Part shown: positions 1-15,935 of the stretch, piece by piece
Layout: the number at the start of each line of letters is the position of its first letter
Position numbering within the stretch: position 1 is the stretch's first letter
From: Hormiphora californensis
Taxonomy: Eukaryota > Animalia > Ctenophora
DNA: 64,000 nt
NCBI GenBank assembly: GCA_020137815.1
Contig: CM035356.1
Coordinates: 3,596,001 to 3,660,000 of the forward strand
Direction: 5' to 3'
The notes under the pieces: model-generated
Told to the model about the DNA's origin: nothing
Seen by the model: the letters and a program-made list of their open reading frames with translations, nothing else
Databases searched by the model: none
Position numbers and translations under genes: made by a program

Positions 1-965
1 CTTACCTTCCCTACCTCCCATTTACTCCATCTCTCAGCTTCCCTACCTCCCATTTACTCCATCTCTTACCTTCCCTACCTCTCATTTACTCCATTTCTCA
101 GCTTCCGTACCCCTCATTTACTCCATCTCTCAGCTTCCCTACCTCCCATTTACTCCATCTCTCAGCTTCCTTACCTCCCATTTACTCCATCTCTCATTTA
201 TCCCCTGAGAGATGGAGTAAATGGGAGGTAGGGAAGCTGAGAGATGGAGTAAATGGGAGGTAGGAAAGCTGAGAGATGGAGTAAATGGGTGGTAGGGTAG
301 CTGAGAGATGGAGTAAATGGCAGGTAGGGAAGCTGAGGGATGGAGTAAATGGCAGGTAGGGAAGCTGAGAGATGGAGTAAATGGGAGGTAGGGTAGCTGA
401 GAAATGGAGTAAATGGGAGGTAGGGAAGCTGAGAGATGGAGTAAATGGGAGGTAGGGAAGCTGAGAGATGGAGTAAATGGGAAGTAGGGAAGCTGAGAGA
501 TGGAGTAAATGGGAGGTAGGGAAGCTGAGAGATGGAGTAAATGGGAGGTAGGGTAGCTGAGAGATGGAGTGAATGGGAGGTAGGGTAGCTGAGAGATGGA
601 GTAAATGGGAGGTAGGGAAGCTGAGAGATGGAGTAAATGGGAGGTAGGGTATCTGAGAGATGGAGTAAATGGCAGGTAGGGAAGCTGAGATATGGAGTAA
701 ATGGGAGGTAGGTAAGCTGAGAGATGGAGTAAATGGGAGGTAGGGAAGCTGAGAGATGGAAACGATTATGGATAGGGATTCCCCTAATCGTTTCCATCTC
801 TATGCTTCCCTAATAGGGAAGCTGAGAGATGGAGTAGATGAGGAGTAGGGTAGCTGAGAGATGGACTAGATAAGGGGTTGGGTAGCTGAAAGATGGAGTA
901 GATGAGGGGTAGGGTAGCTGAGAGATCGAGTTGATGAGGGGTAGGATAGCTGAGAGATGGAGTAG
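1..965. repeat. 32-bp tandem minisatellite with an orientation switch near 200
   Basis: Unit CTGAGAGATGGAGTAAATGGGAGGTAGGGAAG recurs at 205, 237 and onward. Positions 1-196 hold the reverse complement. Copies become degenerate after about 820. Confidence 0.95.
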
Positions 966-1006
966 ATCAAGATCAAGAAATATTTGATTCGGCACCGACC
1001 CTCTCT

Positions 1007-1896
1007 CTACTCCTCGATGTTTCCCGCATGTTCTGCAGCTGCTGTGTGAGAGTTGAACGCGAGCGCGTCAATAACATGACACGACATGCAACACGACATG
1101 CGAGATGCGAATTTCATTATTTTGAAGTTTTGTGGGGTTGCGATTTTTGTTTTAGGTCGGAGAGTGAAACGGCCGGTACAGTGGTAAACTAGATTAAAAA
1201 CTGTACGCCTCGTTAGACGGCGATTTTTCCTATCTTGTCTGGTTCCTGAGATATGGCCCCCTAAAGAGTTGGTGTCTCAAACTGCTGAATCGGGGTCACG
1301 CGAGGAAAATGGGCATCAGTTTGCGTGTACTGCTCCGTTTTTCACGGGACTTGAACGAGGGTGACGGCAAGAGTCTCACCTATTACATGGTATCCTTACA
1401 TTGTGTATTAAATCTAAAATGACTGAGCAGCATGCTTGTTAATGAACCTTGACGTGTTTGCTTGTCTCGCGAGCGCGCTCGCGACTAGCAAACACGACAT
1501 GCAGTTCACACCCTGAATATAAAAACTTTATTTCCCGATTCCCGTTCGATAAAACAATGTTTCTCTAACCTGTTCCAAAGATATCCGTGTTATCGGAGTT
1601 TGTAACAGATGCCTTAGTTGAGGTCGGGATGGCGGGCAGTGGATTGGCATCCCAAGTTTTAACGAAAGCCATTTCTCTTTCTTCCTCCTGCGAGTCTCCC
1701 ATTTCTGATCCATCAGAATTCTGACAGGGAGGGACAGAAATTGAGCGTTAAATATAATCTTGTAGACAAAATATTTTAACAAAGAACTAAAAGGGATCAT
1801 TGTATTTTAGACAAAAATTGAAATTAAACAGGTTACATCACTTACCAGTCTGATTGGTATAATAGCATCGGTGTTTTTAGAACTGTTACAACCCAT
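1007..1896 (-). CDS. Small orphan protein (about 78 aa) with N-terminal MGCNSSK acylation motif; exons 1896-1846, 1720-1570 and tentatively 1041-1007
   Basis: GT-AG boundaries with consistent phases give MGCNSSKNTDAIIPIRL|NSDGSEMGDSQEEEREMAFVKTW...DIFGT|AAAEHAGNIEE*. A polypyrimidine-AG lies 8 nt before the ATG. The last exon is uncertain. Confidence 0.55.
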
Positions 1897-2921
1897 GGTT
1901 CAATCTATAATAAAAGATAAGAAAAGTTGAGTTGTAGATCAATACCAAAAACGATCCTATGTAATGATCGAAATACGGATAAAGCATCACTAATATCTGA
2001 TTTCTGAATAAGTTCTAAAATACAAGGGATTACTCTGTTATATAATAGTCAGTTAGCTCGCATGACAACTTCCGCGAATGATTCGTTGTTACTTGTTGAG
2101 CATCATAATCGTATAAATAATATACAAGGCCAGGCACACCTAAGCTTACAGTTTAAAACTATTTAATCACTCATGATCAGTCATCACACGTGTCACGTAA
2201 TAATACGCAACTGCTACAAAGATGTCATAGCTAACAAAACGCCCATTTGCTGTTTATGCAAAATTTATTCCTTCAATCATTATAGGATGCGTATGGAGAG
2301 CTACTGAGCTGAGGTCAATCACTGACCAGTGACCACTAGTCAGTGGGGGGGGGGGGCAAGTCCCAGGGTTTTTGTGGGGATCTTACAGTTTAAAACTGTT
2401 GTTTTACGGTTAAATAGGGCCGAGAGGCCTCGCCAGCTCCACCGCTCCTGGTCTGAGGATGTCGGTTGACACTCCTCGCATCCTCCACTGAAATTGTCCG
2501 GCCCGATGCCGTGACAGAGTTTTGGAGCCGTAAGCCGCTGCACCACGTCAAGGCTCCTCCTCATGCGAGCGGTTTGTTGTTGATGTTATTGTTAGTGTTG
2601 TGATTCGGATTATGCAAAGCAAATCGCCTCAAACTTTCCAAGGAGTCTAACTCCCAGACTAACCAAGTGAAACTTGCGAGTTACTTAATATGAGTTTGGA
2701 ACAAGTTAACGTCGCGTTTTGCATTTAAGAGTGTCTTAAGATGGGTTGTTCTGTCTAAAGATAGCATTTTATCTCTAAGTGTGTCTTGGATTTGGGCTAG
2801 ATCTATGTAACTTGTTGCCTTTACGAGTACTGTCTATCGGTGTTGTTGTAAACAGTATAATCCCTTCCCGTCCCTTCCTATGCATGGGTGACAAGACACC
2901 ATTCTCAAGTGGAAACCAGTT

Positions 2922-3450
2922 TTGTTTCTTCAGACCTATGGTAATCACATCGTTTCTTACGAAAGTTCGATACTTTCAAATCCGTTACCCACTTCGCTGT
3001 ATCTCACAAAGGACTATTGGGAGAGATTAAAAGTTCTCGACCTGATGTCTCTTCAACGTAGGAGACAACGTTACATGTTGATACATGTGTGGAAGACGAT
3101 CCATGGGTTTGTTCCGAATTCTGCAAATCTTGTGTTCCAACACAGTGCAAGGCTGGGTATGAGGTTAGTCCCGCCAATGTTTCCACATCGGGCTGAGACC
3201 TGGAGAGCGAATCAGTACCATTCTTCTTTCGGACCGAGAGCTGCTCACCTGTGGAACAGGTTGCCAGCGGCCGTTAACTCTTGCGGAAGCTTAGGTCAAT
3301 TCAAATCATCCCTGGGCAATTACTTGACAGGCTTTTATGACCGTCCCCCTGTCAGAGGCTATCCATCACTTCCCAATGATATTTCCCCTCAATGTGCTGT
3401 TAATGTCTGAGAGTGGCTGAGAGGTGATACGTGTTTTAATTTATTTAGGT
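2922..3450 (+). pseudogene. 3' fragment of a CR1-like LINE ORF2 (post-RT region)
   Basis: YWERLKVLDLMSLQRRRQRY...WNRLP...FKSSL motifs are typical of the CR1-group ORF2 C-terminus. The copy is 5'-truncated and degenerate. Confidence 0.8.
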
Positions 3451-3658
3451 GGACCCACTAAGGGAAGGCCTGTTGTGTACACTAAAACTTTTATTGTAAA
3501 CTTGTAAACTTGTAAACTTGTAGTATTGACAACATTGTCGCTTATCCTTATGTTTTATGCTGTTATCGTTATTGTAGCATTTCATCTTTAGAGAGACGGT
3601 AATCTTGTTTACTACGTCTTGTTGCAAAGATGTGCACAGGTGGGCAGACCAGACTGAG

Positions 3659-3955
3659 AGTGGTCATCCGACATAATTACCATATCTCGACGTGAACTTC
3701 GACCTGGAATGCGACGAGAATTAGCAGGCGTTCAGTTATGAACGCCTGTTGAAATTTGACCAGATCAGAGAGACACGCCGCACTTAGCAAATGCTATCGC
3801 GCTTCAATTCTTCTCTCTCGTTAGTCTTTACGTCTCTCTCACTACGAATACGCGGCAAATTTCAACAGGCGTTCATAACTGAACGCCTGCTAATTCTCGC
3901 CGCATTCCAGGTCGAAGTTCACGTCAAGATATGGCAATTATGTCGGATGACCACT
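3659..3955. mobile_element. MITE with about 100-bp terminal inverted repeats
   Basis: AGTGGTCATCCGACATAATT...CCTGTTGAAATTT (from 3659) is mirrored by AAATTTCAACAGG...GTCGGATGACCACT (to 3955). No clear TSD. Confidence 0.85.
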
Positions 3956-4224
3956 GTCATGTGATGGTTTTGGTATAAGTCGCATTGACGCATTACTCAT
4001 CATTTTAAAATCGGGAGCTAGGGAAGTTGCTAAACACATTCAACGACTATACCTCATTAGGTGATACCTGGTACTCTCTTAGGATCTATCTCCGACATGT
4101 TTAATAACTTCGTAGGACGGTATTGGGTGGCGTTTTCAGTTCTGTTCAGTTCAAGAATTTGTGAAACAAAGGATACATTGAACTAATTAATCGCGAAGCT
4201 CCTTTTATTGTATAAAACTATGCA

Positions 4225-4267
4225 TTTCAAACACTTTTCAACACTACTTTAAACAAATTAATTTGAG
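4225..4267 (+). other. Spliced-leader (SL)-like sequence at the LINE 5' end
   Basis: TTTCAAACACTTTTCAACACTACTTTAAACAAATTAATTTGAG. The 3' 35 nt match the cydippid ctenophore trans-spliced leader as I recall it (not database-verified). It is followed by GTTCCG rather than a consensus GTAAG donor. Confidence 0.8.
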
Positions 4268-4455
4268 GTTCCGTTCAACTGCTCCTCGTTACTCTTCTAA
4301 GACTTCTGCTCAATCCCTCTTATCTCAAGACAAGACAAGCCTGGTGTTTCTGTCTCTTTCTAAGTTGAGCAGATCTTGGGAGACCTCGTTGAGCCAAATC
4401 CAGGAAGCCAAATCTTGGTGGATCGGATCCTCGCGCCACTGTTACAGGATATAGA

Positions 4456-5763
4456 ATGTCGGGATTGGCACCCCAGTATGAAAGTGGAACGAAGAAGGAC
4501 TTCGAAGGTAAGCTCCTTGTCACGAGCTTCTCTGACAAATGTAAAGGCAGTACAGTGTGGAAGAAATTGGAGGAGGATGCTGGTACCCCGGGTGAGCCTA
4601 TGGATGCTCCAGGTGGACCTACGAAGAAGGATCTTTGGCAGATGTTGATTATGTGTTACCGGATGCTTCCGGATAGTTCCCGGTGTCCTACACCATCGTC
4701 TGATTCTGGAGTCTCGATTTCGAGTGATGATCTGAAGGATGGTTTCTCAAAACTGAAGCAAGAGTTGATGGATAGCCTACCTGGACTCATGGCCCCAGTA
4801 GTTAATGAGATATTGAAGAAGAATCGAGAGGAGAGTGAAGTAGCGTGTAGTTCTGGTCAGCAAGAGAAGAAGCCTGCACCAGCTACCCCTGTGAAACGGT
4901 ATATGAGCATCAAAGACAGCAATGAGGAAGGAGTGACTCCGATGTGTGAGGAGAAGTGGAAAATGGTAGTGAAACCGAAGGTTGTGAAAGCTCTGAAGAA
5001 CATCCCCGTCTTGGACACGTCGGTGAACAGAAAGGGTACTCAGTTGTTTTTTGCAACTGATGATGACCTCAAAGAGGCAGAGAAAGTGCTGTCCCCGTTT
5101 CTGGATGTTACTCCGTTTGTTGAGAAGCAGAAGAAGATGGACCCTCGGCTAATGATTTCTGATCTGGATCATGACCTGCTGAACAAAGAAGTGCTACTGG
5201 ACGCTATCTTGAGTGATAAGAATGAAGTGGTGAAGAGGCTACATGAGTCTGGGCATGCTGTCAGTGTCATTCATGTTAACACTGCTGGGAGGTATGCGGT
5301 GCTCAAGGTTACACCTGAGGTTCGAGAAGCCATTGCGGATAATCGAGATAGGATTTTCCTGAAATTAAGACAGCACATTGTGAAAGACAGATTCTACGTT
5401 ACTCAGTGTTTCCACTGTCAGCGTTATGGACACGTAGCTGGATCTGTCTATTGTCCTAGTAAAGATAAAAGCGCCACATGCGCATTCTGTGCAGGAGATC
5501 ATGACACCAGACAGTGTAGGGCGAAGAGTGGGAACGAACTCAATCGGATGAAGTGTGTAAACTGTGATGTTGGGGGTAGTAAGGATGACAAGAAGTATGC
5601 GAAATCCCATCCAGCATCAAGTAACTTGTGTCCGCATTATGTTAATGCTCGAGGAAGACTGATGGAAAACACAAGTGGTGTCAGTAAGGAGAGAAAAAAC
5701 GCTTATCTGACGAGGGCGTGGGAGGAACTGAAGGTAAAGAGACGTGGCGTGTTGGCACACTAA
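4456..5763 (+). CDS. LINE ORF1p (gag-like, zinc knuckles), 435 aa
   Basis: QCFHCQRYGH...C, CAFCAGDHDTRQC and CVNC...H...C knuckles near the C-terminus, directly upstream of ORF2. Confidence 0.9.
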   Translation: MSGLAPQYESGTKKDFEGKLLVTSFSDKCKGSTVWKKLEEDAGTPGEPMDAPGGPTKKDLWQMLIMCYRMLPDSSRCPTPSSDSGVSISSDDLKDGFSKLKQELMDSLPGLMAPVVNEILKKNREESEVACSSGQQEKKPAPATPVKRYMSIKDSNEEGVTPMCEEKWKMVVKPKVVKALKNIPVLDTSVNRKGTQLFFATDDDLKEAEKVLSPFLDVTPFVEKQKKMDPRLMISDLDHDLLNKEVLLDAILSDKNEVVKRLHESGHAVSVIHVNTAGRYAVLKVTPEVREAIADNRDRIFLKLRQHIVKDRFYVTQCFHCQRYGHVAGSVYCPSKDKSATCAFCAGDHDTRQCRAKSGNELNRMKCVNCDVGGSKDDKKYAKSHPASSNLCPHYVNARGRLMENTSGVSKERKNAYLTRAWEELKVKRRGVLAH

Positions 5764-8677
5764 ATGTACACTCGATAATGAATAAAACGTCTGGGGTTAT
5801 AGCGCATCTTGAAGACATGGAATGTGATATCTGTCTGATTCAGGAAACCTACTTGAAGACTAGTGATACTGCTAAACTTCAGGAGATAAGAGACTATGGC
5901 TGGAATATTTTCTCATCCCCCAGAGCGGAGAGGGCAGGAGGGGGTATTGGGATACTCTACAGGGATGGAGTGAAGATGAAACTATCACCAGTGCGGAAAT
6001 TCGATCGTTCCAGATTCAGGAGATTTTAATTGGTAATGGAATGGACCTTACTCGGATATGTAATGTTTACAGACCGCCCTATACCGGTAAAGCTAGGTTC
6101 ACTGAAGCGAAGTTTCTAGAGGAATTTACAGACTATCTCTCAGAGCTAGTAGTGAATACTGGTCTTCCCCTTATTATGGGAGACTTTAACTTTCAATGGC
6201 AGGATAGGGACAACTTCTACACTAAAAAGCTTGCTGAACTCCTAGACTCTTATGAGTTTCCTCAGCTTGTCCCCAGGCAACCAACACACAATCGTGGAGG
6301 TACTCTTGACCTGGTTATATGTCCAAAGGAGGTAGAGGAGAAAGTTAAATCTGTGGAAATACATCCTGAGGGAACAGAGTCTGATCATTTTCTTGTCCTG
6401 AGTGAAGTCGTACTGGAGACTAAGGTTGGAAACCTACAGCAACGGGATCGAGTTAACACCTACAGAGACTTTAAATCAGTGGACCCGGTATTGTTCATGA
6501 AGGCCCTCAGAGGAAGAGGCCTTGAGGGGCGGTTTGATTTGGATTCCCCAGATGATTTATTTGAGATCTATGAAAGAGAACTGAAGGAGTTAGTGGATAG
6601 TTTTGTCCCTTTGAAGAGAAGAAAGAAAGTGAAAACGGTTCGCCCGTGGAGAGACAATGACGATGTCAGGGATGCACTAAGAAGACGTCGGGTTGCGGAG
6701 AGAGCTTGGAGAAGCAAGAAGACGCCTGTTACGAAGATGCAGTATAACGTGATGAAGAAGATGTTTAGTAGAGTAGATAAGGAAGCGAGGACTAACTATC
6801 TGAAAGAAGATCTTGAAGAATCAAAAGGGGATTCCAAGACGTTACAGAGGAAACTAAACCGCCTACTTGGAAACAGTGAGGTAGTGTTGCCAGATGTGGA
6901 TTGTGATCGTAAACTAGCCGAGGATTTTGCGGACTTCTTTGCTGGAAAAGTGGAAAAAATCAGGAACTCAGTGAAAGCAGATGTGGACTCTCCTGTGGAG
7001 GAAGTGGACTCTTGTGTGGACCTGAATAAGGATTGTATTCTTGAGGAATTTAGGGAAGTCTCTGAGGATGAGATGAAGAAGATCATTAAGAACATGTCTG
7101 ATAAAACATGTGATCTTGATCTTATACCGACATGGTTGATCAAAGAGTGTGTGGAAGTTTTTGCCCCACTCTTTACTAAGATTATCAATTCTTCTATCCG
7201 GCAAGGTATTGTTCCAGAATTGTTCCAGCAAGCACTGGTTTTTCCAACCATCAAGAACCCTTATGGTGATCGAGATAGCCTTTCCAACTACCGTCCTGTA
7301 TCTAACCTTCCCTTTGTCTCTAAGGTTCTAGAGAAAGTTGTCCTTGATCAACTGAATCAGGCTTTGAATGAAAATGACCTACTCAACTCTCACCAGTCAG
7401 GATATAGAGTTGGTCATTCCTGTGAAACTCTACTCATGGGGATGTTTGATGATCTACTGCAGGAGATGGATAAGGGAAACGTTGTAGCTCTACTCCTGTT
7501 GGACATGAGTGCAGCGTTTGACACGGTTGACCATGCTAAACTTGTGGATGTTTTGAGGAGGAGATTTGGAATAAGAGGAACAGCTCTCAAGTGGTTTACT
7601 AGCTATCTTGGATCGAGGAATTTCAGAGTCAACGTCAGAGGAGAACTTTCGAAGATTATCTACCTCATTTGTGGAGTGCCCCAAGGGTCCCTTCTTGGAC
7701 CGGTTTTGTTTCTTTTATATGTTGAGGAACTACAGGATCTGGTAAACAAATATGGACTCAAAATCAAGCTCTATGCAGATGACTCTCAAATTTATGTGAG
7801 TCTAGTCCCTCTTGATGAAAGTGGATGGAATATCACAAGGAGGAAAGTAGAAGAGTGTCTTGATCAGATCAAGATTTGGATGGTTCAGCATTGGCTGAAA
7901 TGTAATGAGTCGAAGACGGAGCTCCTTCTTCTAGGGAAGAGCAGTGCAATTGACAAGCTGGCTTTTGAGCCCTGTATTAGGTTTGGAGATGCAGATATCT
8001 ACCCAGTTGACTTCACAGGTACTACCGGAAAGACTCTGGGTATTTATATGGATGAGAACTTGACATTGGAACGTCAGGTGAACAGTGTCAAAAGAAACTG
8101 TGGAATGTTACTGAGGAATTTGTGGCAGGTCCACCGATGCTTAGACTTCTCTACCAGAATCCTTCTTGTTAAGCAGCTGGTTATATCCCGCTTGGATTAC
8201 TGCAATGTCCTCTACGGAGGTTTGCCAATGAAGCTCATCTCTCGGTTACAGAAAGTGATCAACTCTTGTATAAGGTTTATCTATGGACTCCACGGTCATC
8301 AAGAGGACTACCTCCCTTACATGAGAGAAACCCACATTCTTCCTGTGGAGCAACGAGTGATCTTTAAGGCCTGTCTCATGGCCTATAAGATTGTACATGG
8401 AAGTGCTCCAGATTACCTCATCGAGCAAATACCTACAGATATTGTTGATGTTACTTGCCGTACCAGATCGACTGCTGTTCCAGACCCTTATAAGCTCCAG
8501 TACCCGAAGCTGTCGAGCATTAATGCCAATTCTAAACTGAGGAAAAGGAGACCATCTGTTCTCCTGCCAGATCTGTGGAATGCACTCCCCCTTGAGTTGC
8601 GATCTCGGCCTACTGCGGAATCTTTCAAGACGGGTTTAAAGACAAGATTGTTTGTGGATGCCTTTGGATCAGGCTAG
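5688..8677 (+). CDS. LINE ORF2p (AP endonuclease + reverse transcriptase), broken by an apparent 1-nt deletion near 6003
   Basis: APE motifs TLNVHS, IQET, GGGIG, VYRPP, MGDFN, LDL and SDH. RT motifs YRPVSNL, QSGYR, LLDMSAAFDTV, GVPQGS and YADD. L2-like C-terminus SRLDYCN...WNALP. Shifting frame at 6003 restores ...KF(R)SFQIQEILIGNGMDL. Confidence 0.92.
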
Positions 8678-9854
8678 TTCCGGTTGTTTTCTCCTTTGTT
8701 CCAGCCTACTTCTTTTTCTCGGTACCTGTACTCCTCCCATCACGCTGTACTGTCTAGCGTAAGTATTGTACTTAGGTCTGTATCTTACCTCGTGACAAGT
8801 TTTTAACTTAGCTTTATTCTTTGAGTTTGCGGCATGAGTGAAGCACGAGTGTGTAATATTTTTCCGTTTTTCATTTTTCCCAGTTGTTTCAGAATCTGTT
8901 CTCTGAACATTTCATCTGTGTCTATATATATATGGAGTGATCAAGTGACAGTGGTGACAATTACCTGTGGCCTTTTTCGAGTTTTTTTTCTAATTTTGTC
9001 TGTTATGAGCCTAATCTGTTTTCCCACATATGTGAGCCGGATAATTTGGATTTTCCACCGTTTTTTTAGTAGTCTATTAAATTGGGTCAAGTGTTAGTTA
9101 ACTGCTCTGAGTTTCTTTCAGTGGCAGCATCTGTAAAGCTCTGCTGTCCCTGTAGAATATGGGCAGGATATAAGTTTGAGTATTATTATTATTATCATTT
9201 GTAAACCTTGGAAGACGTTCTCAGGGGGCCTAATCCGTGATGAGTGAGCTCAGAGCGAACAAATTGAAAATTGAAATTCAAGTTTTGAAAACCGAGAAAA
9301 TCTGAAAATCTGAATTTCAATTTACCGAAACTTCGAATAAATTTAGGTTTCGCGCCGCGCATTTGTGTAGCGCGCAAATAAATGACGCGCGGCAATTATT
9401 ATATTTTTGAGTATTTTTGGCAATTTTTATATCACCACTCACCAGTGATCGATATGGCTGGTGGTTCCGCCCTGATTTTGATTGACAGTGTGCTCATATT
9501 GGGCTGGCACCGCCAGACAGATATAGCTCCCAGTATGGGATTGTGGCGAATGAAGTCCCAATTCGAGTAAAAATTAAAAAGCCTCCAATAAACCCTCCAA
9601 TAGAAGTGAAAACAAGTTGGTTCATTGCAACAAATCAAATTTTGATTATGTACCACATACACACACAAAGAAGAAACAAATTAAACTCCTCGCTCAATCA
9701 ATATAACAGGCCATTTTATCTCAATATGAAGTTAGGATTCCCTTATATTCTCGATTCGTCAAAAACATATCATAATGTTAAATCTACATTCTACACAAGA
9801 AAGACTCTATCACATCCATCCCAGAAGCCCCAAAAATTATAGTTTCTGCTAATT

Positions 9855-14516
<4,662 letters not shown>

Positions 14517-15141
14517 TTATTATCAGGGGTGGCCCCAGCACGGATTTTGGGTGGTGTGGCCGAAGGCCACAGTTCAACAATCAACCCGCAACGGAGTCCA
14601 GGGGCCCGGGGCCGAGTCCTTGGTGGGGGGCTTGGGTCGAAGCCCCTGGCAAACTTTTGTTTTTGATGAATTTGAATCAATTTACAACAACTTTTTTAAC
14701 AATTTTCAGCCCTTAGTGTGGGTTAAGGGGGGGGGGAGCCCCCATAATATTGGTTGGTTGGTTGGTTGGTTGGTTGGTTGGTGATACTAAGCCGACGTTC
14801 TACCAAGCTCTTTGAGCGGTGTGACGCGGTGACTCCTAAACTGATTATCCCAATCACTTGTGTGAAAGAGAACATAATGGTGCCCCTTGGCTTCGTTAGC
14901 GTCTGTCGTCCCAGAATATTTTAGTTTTCATCAATTCTAAGCAATTGAGATTGAGATTACACTTTAAAGCTATTTACCACCCCCAACAACCCCTGTCATG
15001 AAAAGTTTGAGGGTACCACCCCAGGCTGGGGCCATCGCCCATCACTGGGTATTGTGTTAGGGCATGGAGATAAGAGAGGTAAAACGAAACTCGAAAGTTA
15101 AAACGAAAATTTAAAAAGTTTTTATTTTGGGTCGAGCAACG

Positions 15142-15672
15142 CGGCCAGCGTTAAAATCTGGGTGTTTGGTGAGTGCTGACAAACGGTTTTTTAGGGTTAG
15201 GGCTAAAGTAGGGTTAGGGTTAGGGCTGGGGTTTGGGTTGGGGTTAGGCCTTGACATTTCCTACCAGATAAACTTTGAATTAGCCAAAACGGTTGAGTGG
15301 TTTGGCGGTTAGAGCCATTTTAGTGAATCAACTTTTTTGGCAGCGCGCACCTGTAAACAGGCCACCAAACACCCAGATCGTAACGGCGGGGCGCGATTAT
15401 AAACTGGGTGCCTTGCAGCGTGTTTACAGGTGCGCGCTACCAAAAGAGTACAGTTAGACCGACTTTTTTCAAACGGCTATAGCCACGCAACCACATGGCC
15501 AATTTGAGTAAACTAAACGGTATCTGTTAGAGAATCGATAGCCCTAACCGATAACCCCAAACCAAACCCTAACCAGACCCTAACAGATAGCCCTAACCCG
15601 CCGCGCGCGCTAAAACTACGAATTGTTAGCAATGAAAGGCACCCAGATTTTAACGTTTTCCGTAACGGCGCC
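15142..15672. mobile_element. Composite non-autonomous TIR element (MULE-like) made of two inverted related units with TTAGGG-like tracts
   Basis: Inverted CGTTAAAATCTGGGTG / CACCCAGATTTTAACG near the ends. Internal (TTAGGG)-like and (CCCTAA)-like tracts. Flanking direct repeat CGAGCAACG at 15133 and 15673. Confidence 0.6.
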
Positions 15673-15935
15673 CGAGCAACGCGATCCGAGCTCGGCCGAG
15701 CTGAAGCTGGTGCGCGGCGCCTTTGCGCAACGTAAAATAAAATATTACCGCGCGTTACATCAAATTTAATAAATGCAGTGTGATGTTTTGCAAATTTTGA
15801 AAGCGATTTTTTTTGCTCGTTCTTTTGACTTTTTCTTAAAATCTACAGGGCTGCCCCTCCTGGTTCCCTTCATTTTCCCGTTTTCGTTTGGTCGAACTTC
15901 CTCAAGATAAATCTGTTTGGAAATCTGAATTCAGT

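Larger units (their letters stand above)
4228..9195 (+). mobile_element. Full-length non-LTR retrotransposon, L2/CR1 group
   Basis: ORF1 with CCHC knuckles plus APE-RT ORF2, an about 500-nt 3' UTR with a terminal stem-loop (CTGTCC...GGGCAG) and a (TAT)n tail at 9181-9195. CATTT at 4223-4227 and 9196-9200 is a possible short TSD. Confidence 0.93.

Noticed and set aside
198-995. 199-aa and 61-aa repetitive ORFs
   Set aside because: These are products of the 32-bp minisatellite.
4225-4400. A functional SL RNA gene
   Set aside because: The leader is followed by GTTCCG and LINE 5' sequence rather than a consensus donor and short SL intron, and it is a single copy rather than a tandem array. Not fully excluded.
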